Made by a program: the position numbers and the translations under genes. A stretch of 64,000 nucleotides of DNA. Origin: Folioceros fuciformis (lineage: Eukaryota). This document shows positions 37,721 through 48,299 of this stretch, piece after piece (the first letter of the stretch is position 1; each line of letters begins with the position of its first letter). Below the pieces are notes generated by a model. It saw only the letters and a list, made by a program, of their open reading frames with translations, made no database searches and was not told where the DNA came from. The DNA lies in assembly GCA_049999805.1 (NCBI GenBank), contig JBNGIO010006371.1, forward strand, positions 469,049 to 533,048, read 5' to 3'.

Positions 37721-39330
37721 TTACCAAGTCGTCGAACTTATCGTATTATGAAACTTAGGTGAAGTTCCACAAGACTCGTCCCAGTTCCCCAGTCCTAGTC
37801 CTCCTCTGGCGGGAATGACAATATGTCCTGCCGAATAGTCTTGGTCTGGCTTCGGTGCTTCATCGAAGGTCTGGCGTTCCACCTCCACGCTGCCCCGCTT
37901 TTGACAACCACCCAAAAAGGCGTGCAAAACTACGCCATCAGGCTCGAGAGGCATAGCCCTCGCCTCCTCTAGTGCTTCATCTAACTGGCCTGCACGACCC
38001 AGGAGATCAACAAGCATGTGTACTGCTCCAGGGTGGGTGGGATTCCATCTTCCCTGCTCATGGCCTTGAACTACCCTTGCACTTGGCTCACGAGGCCCAC
38101 ATGCCTGGATACTGCGTCAGGACAACCAGGAACGTAATGGCATCTAACTGTAAGTGAGCCCTGTTGGATCATCCTGTGAACCGAGGCAAGACCATTTCAA
38201 TGACTTCCCTCGGCTTCAAGCCCTTGCAAGGTCTTTGATCTGGGCATCAATCTGCATTTCTGCATCCAAAGCTGCTGAACCGGAACAGGATTGCAGGAGG
38301 AAAATGAAGGGGACAGAACCAGGTGCAGCCAAGTCTTTATGGTGCTCGGTGAAAAAGACCAAGGGCTTCCTCACTCACACCCTGCTGGGAGTACCCTGCG
38401 GTCATGGAATTCCACGTCTCGACATCTTTCTGGTCACGTCCGTCAAACACGCTCTGGGCATGCCGTAGGCTGCCACACCCACAATCCCATCAGCCTCCCG
38501 TCCTTGTTCTCGGACGTGGACATGAGGGTGCTTCAGAAGCCATTCTCTGAAACCGCGGTGCCTATACCTGCACATGTTTGCTGGGGGCACACAACATGTT
38601 GCAGAATCAAGTACCACGGTGCCGTCCCTTTCCATTGCACTGTAAAGATGAAGGGCTTCCTGACTTCTGCCCCGTCGGCACCATCCGGTTATCATGGCAT
38701 TCCAGACTACCACATCGTTTTGATTTAAGTCTTCCAAACACAAGTTGGGCATCTCTAGGCTGGCACACTTTGCGTGCACGTTTATCAAACTGTTGGCCAC
38801 AACATGTAAGCGTGAAGCCCTTGTTCTCTTTACCTATGCAAGAAGCTGCTTCCCCTTTTCCAAATCTAGGTTACCGACACTTGCACGCGCTTGCAATAGA
38901 CAAACATTTGTCACACAACCAAGTCCAACAATGTCGTCTGGCCGCATGGCACTAAAAAGAGAAGACTAAGAGCTTCCTGACGCACGCCATGCAAAATATG
39001 CTGCTTTCAGTGTATTCCACGTCAGTACAGCTTTTTCACCAACTCCATCAGACAACCTCTTTCCATCGTCTAGGCTTCCATGTTCATCAAGCTGTTGGCC
39101 ACAATCCCATCAGCTTGCAGCCCTTTCTCTTCTATCCGGGAAAGAGGTTGCTTCCGCTTCAGCAAAGCCGGAATCCCCGTCGTTGCGCATGCCTGCGGGA
39201 GACACGGATGTCCTCAGCTTTTGGGTCAACGATGCCGCCTCCTTGCATACTGCTATTGTAGGTGAAGGGGCCACTGCTGTGAGTGTCCTATTTTGTCTTA
39301 AGACCCCGTGCTGTAGGAAACAAGCAATAT
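37721..39330 (-). pseudogene. Degenerate PLS-class PPR pseudogene, third member of the tandem array
   Basis: Frameshifted fragments ANSLINVHAKCASLE, DVVVWNAMITGW and MLVDLLGRAGQLDEALEEARAMPLEPD, homologous to the neighbouring PPR genes. Confidence 0.85.
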
Positions 39331-39428
39331 CAAGGCGTCTCCCACTTTCGAGAGATTTTGGCACAAAGCGAGCAGCGTCACTTACACTCAACAGAATTAG
39401 TTGTTCCGGTTCTTGTAGATGCTTGCGT

Positions 39429-42400
39429 CTACTCAAATTGTGGGAGATACCCTTCTTCCATCATCTTGGGAAGCAGCTGCTTTAGACCCGCATATATTTC
39501 GTCACTCTGAGAAAGCTTTCTATCCCCGACCACAAAATTATGGACCGATCCGTCCATGTCTGTCCACCAGCTTCGGCCTGGCTGCTTCCACGCCCCGATT
39601 CTTTTTCTTCTCTCCTGCATCTTATGTGCCTCTTCCCACATCTGGGCACCCGTATATATGTTGGACATTGATACATAAGCTGCAGCATCTTTTTGGTCTA
39701 GCTTCATTGCTTCATTAAATGCATACCGTCCCACCTCTACGTTTCTCCACTTCCGACATGCACCCAATAGAGTGTGCCAAACTGCGTCAATAGGCTCCAT
39801 AGGCATTGTACTCACCAATCCTAGTGCCTCATCCAGTTGCCCCGCACGACCCAGCAAATCTATCATGCATGCATAGTGTTCCGCAGTAGGAGTTATGCCA
39901 TATTCTCTGCCCATAATCTCGAAGTACTCTTGCCCTTCGCTCACTAGACCACCATGACTGCACACTGTTAGCACACTTAAAAAGGTGATGCCATTTGGCT
40001 GCATGCCATCTTCTTTCATTCTGCTGACCAAATTAAAGACCACTTCTGTTTCTGCCTGACGACAGTATCCTGCAATCAGTGCATTCCAAGCAACGTCATC
40101 TCGTTTGGGCAATGCATCAAACACCTTCTGTGCATCCACCATGCTCCCGGCTTTTGCGTACATATTCATCAAACTGTTGGCAACAGTCAAATCCGTTTGC
40201 AACCCTTGTTGTTCAATCTCTGCATGAAGCTGCCTTCCAACACGCAGAGCTGCCACACCTGCACAGGCCTGAAGAAGGCACACAAATGTCACAGCGTTAG
40301 GTGAGGAGATCCCTTGTTCTTGCATAGCATCGTAGAGATCAAGAGCTTCCTGACCCTTGCCCTGTTGGGAGTATCCCGATATCATGGCATTCCATGTCAC
40401 CACATCTTTCTTTGTGAGGCCGTCAAACAAGCTCTGAGCATCCTCGAGGCTGCCACATTTTGCATACATGTTTATCAAACTGTTTGTCACGAACTCATCC
40501 CCTTGCAGCCCTTGTTCCCTTATCTGATCATGAATCTGCTTGCCCATCTCCAAAGCCTGGGAACCCACACTCGCACACGCCTGCAAGAGGCACACAAATG
40601 TCACTGAATCCGGCACAGTGGAGCCTTCTTCTTGCATAGCACTGAAGAGATGGAGAGCTTCCTGGCCCATGCCCTGCTGGGAATAGCCTAATAGCATAAC
40701 ATTCCATACCACCACATCTTTGTGAACAAGTCTATCAAACACGCTTTGGGCACCTAGTAGGTTGCCACACTTCACATACATGTTGATCAGGCTGCAACCT
40801 ATAAACATATCAGCCTGAAGCCCCTGTTCTTCAATCTCGGCATGAACCTGCTTCCCCATCTCCAAAGCCGGGGCACCCATAATTGCACATGCCTGGAGGA
40901 GGCGAACAAACGTCACAGCATTGGGTGCAGAGGTGCCTCCTTCTTTCATGAGACTGTAAACGGTAAGGGCTTCCTGACCCGTGCATTGCTGGGTGTAACC
41001 TGCTATCATGGAATTCCATGTCACGAGATCCTTCTGATCAAGTTCATCAAACACACTCCGTGCATCCTTCATGCTCCCGCACTTCACGTACATGTTTACC
41101 AGCCTGTCACCCACAGCCGCATCGACCTGGAGTCCACGTTCTCTAATTTCAGCATGCAGCTGCTTCCCCGTCTCCAATGCTGTAGTACCCACAATTGCAC
41201 ACGCCTGTAGGAGGCACATAAAAGTAACACAGTCAGATGCTGCAACGCCTTCCTCTTGCATAATACTGTAGAGATGAAGGGCTTCCCGACCCTTGCCCTG
41301 CTGAGTATACCCTGCTATCAGAGCAGTCCAAGTCACAACATCTTTTTGACTTAGAGCATCAAATATGCTCTGAGCATCCTCTAAGCTGCCACACTTTGCA
41401 TACATGTTTATGAGATTGTTGCCCAAACTCACATCAGCTTGGAGTCCTTGCTCTCCAATCTGTGCATGCAGCTGCTTCCCCGTTTCCAATGCTCGACGCC
41501 CAATACTTGCACATGCCTGAAGGAGGCAACCAAGTGTCACAGAATCAGGTGCAGTAGTGCCTTCTTCTTGCATGGCACAGTAAACACGAAGGGCTTCCTG
41601 ACCCATGCCCTGCTGGGAATATCCTGCTAACATGGCATTCCATGTAACCACATCCTTTTCACCAAGTCCATCGAACACGATCTGAGCATCCTGTAGGCTG
41701 CCACACTTTGCATACATGTTCACAAGGCTGCAACCAACAACCGCGTCGAATTTTATGCCTTTTTGTTTCATGTGTCGATGAAGCTGCTTTCCTGTCTCCA
41801 AAGCCGGAATACCCACACTTGCACAGGCCTGCAGGAGGCAAGCAAACGTCACAGAATCAGGCACAGCAAATCCTTCTTGTTGCATAGCATGGTAGAGGTC
41901 AAGGGCTTTCTGACCCATGCCCTGCTGGGAATAACCTGCGATTATGGCATTCCATGTCACTACATCCTTCTGACCGAGTCCATCAAACACTTTTTGAGCG
42001 TCTTCCAAGCTGCCACACTTAGCATACATGTCAACTAAACAGCTCCCAACAAACAAATCAGTGTCAAGCCCACCGGCCAACGCATCAGCATGCACCTGCT
42101 GTCCAGTTTTCAAGTCTGCTGCCCTTGCACAAGCCTGCAGGGATGCGACAAACAGATGACCATCTGGTTTCACCCTCGACCTGCGCATCTCATGATACAG
42201 TTGTAAGGCCTTCTTAGCCTGTCCGTTTTTAACATAACTGGAAATTATGGACGACCACATGAAGGCATCTGGGGTGGGAACCACGGAGAAAACATCCATC
42301 GCTTCTTTCAACCTGGCATGTGAAGCATACATCCGAAGAATGTGATTGCACAAGAATGTGTCCGACTCATACCCCTGCTTCAAGTTGAGAGCATGAACAC

Positions 42401-42746
42401 GGCGACCCAGAACCAAATCCCTCTTCACCACACAGTTTCTCAAGACTGTGTAAAGGAGAGACCGGGAAATACGACATTGTGTTTGCACCAGAACTCCCAG
42501 AGCCTCAACGGCCTTATTTAGCTGCCCCTCCCCACAAAGTTCCATCACGGTTTCAGCCGTCACGACCCCTTCGTACGCTGCCGTCCCGACAGAGTCAGTG
42601 TCGTCCCGCAGGCTCCAGTACGATGCAGGAGCACGACAACCGGTCTGGATATCAACAGCCAGCCAGGTGTGTGAAGCAGAAACAGGTGTGACGACCAGAG
42701 CTCTGGGCGGCAACCGTCTGCAGACGCTCTTTCCTCTTCCAGACAT
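39429..42746 (-). CDS. PLS-class PPR protein, E/E+ type with PGRSWWTD box; probable organellar RNA-editing specificity factor
   Basis: Intronless ~1105-aa ORF with P-L-S triplets, E motifs (HYACMIDLLGRAG, AAAYVSMSNIY), and an end at EEGYLPQFE with no HxE/CxxC deaminase core. Confidence 0.95.
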   Translation of the reverse strand: MSGRGKSVCRRLPPRALVVTPVSASHTWLAVDIQTGCRAPASYWSLRDDTDSVGTAAYEGVVTAETVMELCGEGQLNKAVEALGVLVQTQCRISRSLLYTVLRNCVVKRDLVLGRRVHALNLKQGYESDTFLCNHILRMYASHARLKEAMDVFSVVPTPDAFMWSSIISSYVKNGQAKKALQLYHEMRRSRVKPDGHLFVASLQACARAADLKTGQQVHADALAGGLDTDLFVGSCLVDMYAKCGSLEDAQKVFDGLGQKDVVTWNAIIAGYSQQGMGQKALDLYHAMQQEGFAVPDSVTFACLLQACASVGIPALETGKQLHRHMKQKGIKFDAVVGCSLVNMYAKCGSLQDAQIVFDGLGEKDVVTWNAMLAGYSQQGMGQEALRVYCAMQEEGTTAPDSVTLGCLLQACASIGRRALETGKQLHAQIGEQGLQADVSLGNNLINMYAKCGSLEDAQSIFDALSQKDVVTWTALIAGYTQQGKGREALHLYSIMQEEGVAASDCVTFMCLLQACAIVGTTALETGKQLHAEIRERGLQVDAAVGDRLVNMYVKCGSMKDARSVFDELDQKDLVTWNSMIAGYTQQCTGQEALTVYSLMKEGGTSAPNAVTFVRLLQACAIMGAPALEMGKQVHAEIEEQGLQADMFIGCSLINMYVKCGNLLGAQSVFDRLVHKDVVVWNVMLLGYSQQGMGQEALHLFSAMQEEGSTVPDSVTFVCLLQACASVGSQALEMGKQIHDQIREQGLQGDEFVTNSLINMYAKCGSLEDAQSLFDGLTKKDVVTWNAMISGYSQQGKGQEALDLYDAMQEQGISSPNAVTFVCLLQACAGVAALRVGRQLHAEIEQQGLQTDLTVANSLMNMYAKAGSMVDAQKVFDALPKRDDVAWNALIAGYCRQAETEVVFNLVSRMKEDGMQPNGITFLSVLTVCSHGGLVSEGQEYFEIMGREYGITPTAEHYACMIDLLGRAGQLDEALGLVSTMPMEPIDAVWHTLLGACRKWRNVEVGRYAFNEAMKLDQKDAAAYVSMSNIYTGAQMWEEAHKMQERRKRIGAWKQPGRSWWTDMDGSVHNFVVGDRKLSQSDEIYAGLKQLLPKMMEEGYLPQFE

Positions 42747-43010
42747 GGCGTCCGACACTCTTAGCGTGGATTTTTCATGTGGGCCATGCTCATAGTCGTT
42801 ATGGGTGGTTGCTACTGCCTACATCGATGTGAATGAAATACGAGCTGCAACGGAGGAAATGACATGCTTTGGGCATCGAGGTTACCCTTCCCTCCCAGTG
42901 CTAGATCGCTGTGCACTGAAAAACTAGCTGCGAGGTTGGAGACGATATGACGTGAGAATTGACACTGATACAAGAGAATGGATCCGTGAATGTCTGGGAT
43001 TGAAGAGTAT

Positions 43011-43071
43011 GAATCCATGAATGAGACGAATCCATGAATGAGACGAATCCATGAATGAGACGAATCCATGA
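43011..43071. repeat. 17-bp tandem repeat GAATCCATGAATGAGAC x3.6
   Basis: Perfect copies at 43011, 43028 and 43045, partial at 43062. Confidence 0.95.
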
Positions 43072-43137
43072 CTAGTCTAACTTACGATACGACTTCGTGA
43101 TGTCTGTCCAACGACAAATGTGGCGAATACCCTTCTT

Positions 43138-46100
43138 TCAGTATCTTAGGAACTCCCCCCGTGTCAGCTTTGAACATACGGCTCCGGTCTCAGGATGCCT
43201 GCTATCGCCCACCGCAAAACTATGCACCAGCCCCTCCATGTCTGTCCACCAGCTCTGGCCTGGTTGCTTCCGAGCCCCGACCCCATTTCTCCTCACGTGC
43301 ATCTCCTCTGCCTCCTCCCACATTTGAGCACTAGTATATATGTTCGCCATCAATATGTAAGCTGCTGGGTCTTTTTCGTCTACCTTAACTGCTTCATGGA
43401 ATGCACGCAGTCCCACATCCACGTTGCTCCACTTTTGACAAGCACCCAATAACGCATGCCAAACAGCGTCATGAGGCTGCACAGGCATTGCCCTTGCCAT
43501 CGCCAGAGCCTTGTCAAGTTGCCCTGCACGACCCAGCAGATCCACCATGCATGAGTAGTGCTTAGGAGTGGGAGTGATGCCATGAAGTCTGCTCATGTCC
43601 TCGAAGTACTCCCGTCCCTTGTCTACTAGACCCGCATGACTGCATACAGCCATCACACTCAAGAAGGTGACGCCGTCTGGCCGTATGCCATCTTCTTTCA
43701 TTCGGTGAATCAAGCCAAAGACCAATTCACTGTCCCCTTGACGGGTGTATCCTGCAATCAGCGCATTCCAGGCGATGATATCTCGCTCGGGCAAAGTGTC
43801 AAACACCTCCTGTGCATCAACCATGCTTCCAGCTTTTGCATACATGTTTATCAAAGATTTGCTAACAGTTGGATCATCCTGCAACCCTTGTGCTTTTATC
43901 TGTGAATGAATCTGCCTTCCGGCGTGCAAAGCTCCCACAACTGCACATGCTTGCAGCAAGCATACAAATGTGACAGAATTAGGTCGGACATTGCTTTCTC
44001 GTTGCATAGCACTGAAAAGACAAAAGGCGTCCTGAGCCATCCCTTGCTCGGAATATCCTCCTATCATAGCATTCCACGTTACAACATCTTTCACAGCAAC
44101 TCCTTCAAACACTTTCCGGGCATCATGTAGGCTGCCACACTTTCCATACATGCTAATCAAACTGTTGGCAACAAACATATCAGCCAGAAACCCGTGTTCT
44201 TTCATCTGCATATGCAGTTGCTTCCCCGTCTCAAGGGCGGGGGCACCGACACTTGCACATGCTTGCAGAAGGCACACAAATGTCACAGAGTCAGGGGCAG
44301 CACACTCTTCTTTTTGCATAGCTGTGTACAGTTGAAGGGCTTCCAAACCCATGCCCTGCTGGGAATATCCAGCTATCAGAGCAGTCCATGTGACTACATC
44401 TTTCTGACTCAGACCATCGAACACAGCCTGAGCGTCCTCTAGGCTCCCACATTTTGCGTACATGTGTACCAGGCTGCAACCTACAGACCGTTCAATCCTA
44501 ATTCCTTGAAGCTGTGCATGAAGTTGCCTCCCCTTCTCCAGAGCTGGCTTACCCACACTCGCACAAGCTTGCAGGAGGCACACAAACGTGAGAGAATCAG
44601 GCGGAGCAATGTTCTCTAGTTGCATGGAATCATAGAGATCAAGAGCTTCCTGACCCTTGCCCTGTCGGGTGTAGCATGCTATCATAGTTGTCCATGTCAC
44701 TACATCCTTTTGAGCAGTTCCATCAAATATGCCCTGGGCATCCTCCAGGCTGCCACACTTCGCATACATGTTTAACACATTGTTAATGACAAGCATATCA
44801 GCTTCAAGCCGTTGTTCTTTAATCTGTGAATGTAGCTGCTTCCCCTTCTCTAAAGCCAGGGTACCCACACATGCACATGCCTGCAGGAGCCACACAAAAG
44901 TCATAGTGGAGGGGACCGTTGTGCCTTCTTCTTGCATAGCACTGTAGATATGAAGGGCTTCATTACCCATGTCATGTTGGGCATAGCTAGATATCAGACT
45001 TGTCCAAGTCGTAACATCTTTTTGACCAAGTTCATCAAACAGGGTTTGTGCATCCTCCAGGCTACCACACTGTCCGTACATGTTTATCAGGGCATTCGCT
45101 ACAAACAATGACGCTTGAAGCCCTTGTTCCTTAATCTGTGAATGTAACTGCTTTCCCTTTTCCAAGGCCATGGAACCTACTGTTGCACATGCCTGCAGGA
45201 GGCACACAAATGTCAGAGCATCTGGCAATGAGATACCTTCTCGCTCCATCGCACTGTGAAGATGAAGGGCTTCCTCACTCATGCCGTTCTGAGAATATCC
45301 TATTATCATTGCAGTCCATGTGACCACAGTCTTTTGAGGAAGCCTGTCAAACACGCCCTGAGCATCGTGTAGGCTGCCGCACTTTGCATACATATTCACC
45401 AGGCTGCAGCCTACAACTGCATTAAGCTCAAGTCCTTTATCTTCAACTTGCTTATGAAGCTGCCTTCCCTTCTCCAAAGCTGCAGTACCCACGCTTGCAC
45501 ATGCCTGCAGCAGGCATGCAAATGTCACCCCATCTGGTGCAGCAATGCCTTCTTCCACCATCTCACCGTGAAGATGAAGTGCTTCCTGACCCAAGCCCTT
45601 CTGAGAGTACCCCGATATCATGGCATTCCATGTCACGACATCCTTTTGAGGAAGTCCATCAAACACTTTTCGAGCGCCAGCCAAGTCACCAGACCTTGCA
45701 TACATGTCAACCAAGCAACAAGACACAAACACATCGGGCTCAACCCCACTAGCCAACACATCAGCGTGTACCTGCTGCCCAGTTTTTAAGTCTGCTGCCC
45801 TTGAACAAGCCTGCAGGGCTGCTATGAACACACGGCCATCTGGCTTCACACTTGACCCGCGCATTTGATGATACAGTTGTATAGCCTGCTGGGCTTGACC
45901 GTGTTTGACATGCACAGATATTATAGAAGACCACATAAATGCATCTGGTTTGGCTACCATGGTGAACACATCCATCGCTTCTTGCAACCTGGAATGAGAA
46001 GCATACATCCGCAGCATGTGGTTGCACAAGAAAGTGTCAGACCCGTGCCCCTGCTTCACGGTGAGAGCATGTACACGTCGACTCAAAACCAGATCATTCT

Positions 46101-46431
46101 TAGCTCCTTTTATCACACTGTAAAAGAGTGAACTGGAAATGGGAAATTCTGCTTGCACCAGAACTCCCAGAGCCTCCACGGCCTCAGTCAGCTCCCCCTG
46201 TCGACATAGTTCCAGCATGACTTCAGCTGTTACTCTCCTTTCGCACAATGCAGGCCCCCGAGGCCCAGGATCGCCCGGCAAGGTCAAGTAGGATGTGAGG
46301 GCACGACGACCCATCTGCATATCAAGAGCAGCCAGCTGCGCATGCACCCAAGTGTATAATCCAGGAAATACTGTATCCGCCACAGTTCTGGGAAATAACC
46401 CTCTGTGGACGAGGTTCCCCCAGCCACACAT
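43138..46431 (-). CDS. PLS-class PPR protein, E/E+ type with PGQSWWTD box; tandem paralog
   Basis: Intronless 1097-aa ORF colinear with 39429-42746 from the start (MCGWGNLVHR vs MSGRGKSVCR) to the E+ region. Confidence 0.95.
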   Translation of the reverse strand: MCGWGNLVHRGLFPRTVADTVFPGLYTWVHAQLAALDMQMGRRALTSYLTLPGDPGPRGPALCERRVTAEVMLELCRQGELTEAVEALGVLVQAEFPISSSLFYSVIKGAKNDLVLSRRVHALTVKQGHGSDTFLCNHMLRMYASHSRLQEAMDVFTMVAKPDAFMWSSIISVHVKHGQAQQAIQLYHQMRGSSVKPDGRVFIAALQACSRAADLKTGQQVHADVLASGVEPDVFVSCCLVDMYARSGDLAGARKVFDGLPQKDVVTWNAMISGYSQKGLGQEALHLHGEMVEEGIAAPDGVTFACLLQACASVGTAALEKGRQLHKQVEDKGLELNAVVGCSLVNMYAKCGSLHDAQGVFDRLPQKTVVTWTAMIIGYSQNGMSEEALHLHSAMEREGISLPDALTFVCLLQACATVGSMALEKGKQLHSQIKEQGLQASLFVANALINMYGQCGSLEDAQTLFDELGQKDVTTWTSLISSYAQHDMGNEALHIYSAMQEEGTTVPSTMTFVWLLQACACVGTLALEKGKQLHSQIKEQRLEADMLVINNVLNMYAKCGSLEDAQGIFDGTAQKDVVTWTTMIACYTRQGKGQEALDLYDSMQLENIAPPDSLTFVCLLQACASVGKPALEKGRQLHAQLQGIRIERSVGCSLVHMYAKCGSLEDAQAVFDGLSQKDVVTWTALIAGYSQQGMGLEALQLYTAMQKEECAAPDSVTFVCLLQACASVGAPALETGKQLHMQMKEHGFLADMFVANSLISMYGKCGSLHDARKVFEGVAVKDVVTWNAMIGGYSEQGMAQDAFCLFSAMQRESNVRPNSVTFVCLLQACAVVGALHAGRQIHSQIKAQGLQDDPTVSKSLINMYAKAGSMVDAQEVFDTLPERDIIAWNALIAGYTRQGDSELVFGLIHRMKEDGIRPDGVTFLSVMAVCSHAGLVDKGREYFEDMSRLHGITPTPKHYSCMVDLLGRAGQLDKALAMARAMPVQPHDAVWHALLGACQKWSNVDVGLRAFHEAVKVDEKDPAAYILMANIYTSAQMWEEAEEMHVRRNGVGARKQPGQSWWTDMEGLVHSFAVGDSRHPETGAVCSKLTRGEFLRY

Positions 46432-48299
46432 TCTGTGCCCACAGCCAGGGTTTGTTGCAAAGAAGCTGCACCTCGGTCAACTAACAGTTGACACCACAGT
46501 ACATCGACTACATCCCTGCACTCAACCACCAAGTTGTCCTTCGCAGGAATTAAAAGCGACTGTCCAGACGGCCATGACCCGATGGAGCGCATGCTGCAGC
46601 TAGGGCAGAGTACAGCTGGATGCACAAAAGCCGTGTATGCTGTGCACAATGGCTGAGGCAAGGATGGACTGTGAGGAACCGCTCACTAAACCTAAACCCT
46701 TTTTCCACAGGAAATAAACGATACAAACCCGTAAGGGGAGAGACGATCAGCAAGGCCCTGGCGCGCGCTCAAGTGAAAGGACCCGCATCTGGACGCCTGA
46801 TGTAGCTTGTGCCCCTGTCAGAATCAGAAATCCTAGCAACGCAAGCTGTCATGGCACGGAGATGGTTTTGCAGGGGATGAACATGAAAAACGTTACTTTT
46901 TTATAAAATTTGACAATCTTTCACATCTCAAGCTGCTAAACTTCGCTGATAGCTCATGTGGCCACAACCAGAAGAAAAGAGAAGTTATGAACATTCGCCG
47001 CTATCTACTACCAGTTTTCGCACGAGCTCCCATTGCATAACAACGCTAGGCCAAGTTTGTTGCTATGACCGTCGGGCTTAACATTTGACAGGCACCTCAG
47101 ATACGTATACAATTGCAGGGACGTCTACTTCCGTTGTCCTTGCTGTACAAAAGGAGAACACATGGAAGGCTCAACAAGACCGTCAGGTTGAGCAACCACG
47201 GTAGACACATACATCGCTTCTTACAACCTGCCAAGCTTGAACAAGGCGGTCCAGTGCTACATCCTTTCCACCCTGGATCAGGGCTGTGTAGCAGAAGACT
47301 TCTACAACTCCAAGACCACCCAGGCTGCCGTTGTCGGATACATCTGTTCACAGTATCAGCTGCTGAGCCATTTCTTCCTGCAGGCCTGTTGGCTCAGAAT
47401 CATCAAAGCTACATTATATCCAGCACCAGTTCCATCTCAGGTTTCAACATATCGTAATAGCTACCTACATAACCGAACGTCAATACTAACAACAACGAGC
47501 ATCTACAAGGAAGTCAGGGTGGTTGACAAGTTTTCCCTCCATATACACCATTCCCTAACAGTGCACATGTAGGGGAACCTGTTGATGACCCTAACGTCAT
47601 CCAACAGATTCCTGTCTGCCATGCTTCGTTTCCCAGTGAGCAAGGAGGCCCAGCCGCTACATGGAATACAGAAATCATGCAGAGATACCTAACATGGAAA
47701 AGCAGGCCTGAGTACCGGACCCGCATCTGGCAGGCAAGGGGAAGACCGCATGAGCGATAGTGCAGTGTCGAGCATTTTGAAACCCTCGCCTGACTAATGA
47801 TGGTAGGCACCTACGTACTCGTTCTTCCGCCCATGAGCACGGCCTTTCCTTTTTGATCTCCAGTGGGTCGCAACTTGATGTGGAATCAGCTGAGCAGCCA
47901 CCACTCGAATCATGACCGTGCACAGCTGGGCACCCATTTCACGTGGAGCACATTGTAGTTGTCCAGTTTGAGAGCAAGAGCATCAACTACCCGCATCACC
48001 ATCCACGTAAGTAACACATAATTCCTCAGAAACATCAACAATGGAGGTAGGTGGCTCTGCAAGTAGTGAGAAAAGACTGTTGACCATTGCTCCGTCTTTC
48101 CACCGAAGACGCATGCAAGAGCGTGAAGGCAGAACACAAGTCCCTGACTGACACTAAGAGGCAAACAGTGAGATAAATGCCACATGAAGCCCGTGACAGG
48201 AATGTAGTCATGGAAATAACAGCCAAAGGGCACCTTGTATTAAATTGTCCAGGTACAAGCATCTGTTCACTGAAAAGAGGACAATACGAATGGAACAGT

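Noticed and set aside
39110-39428. Possible cryptic DYW domain after the PPR stop
   Set aside because: No HSE or CxxC motif seen; the sequence reads as degenerate P/L motifs of the downstream pseudogene.
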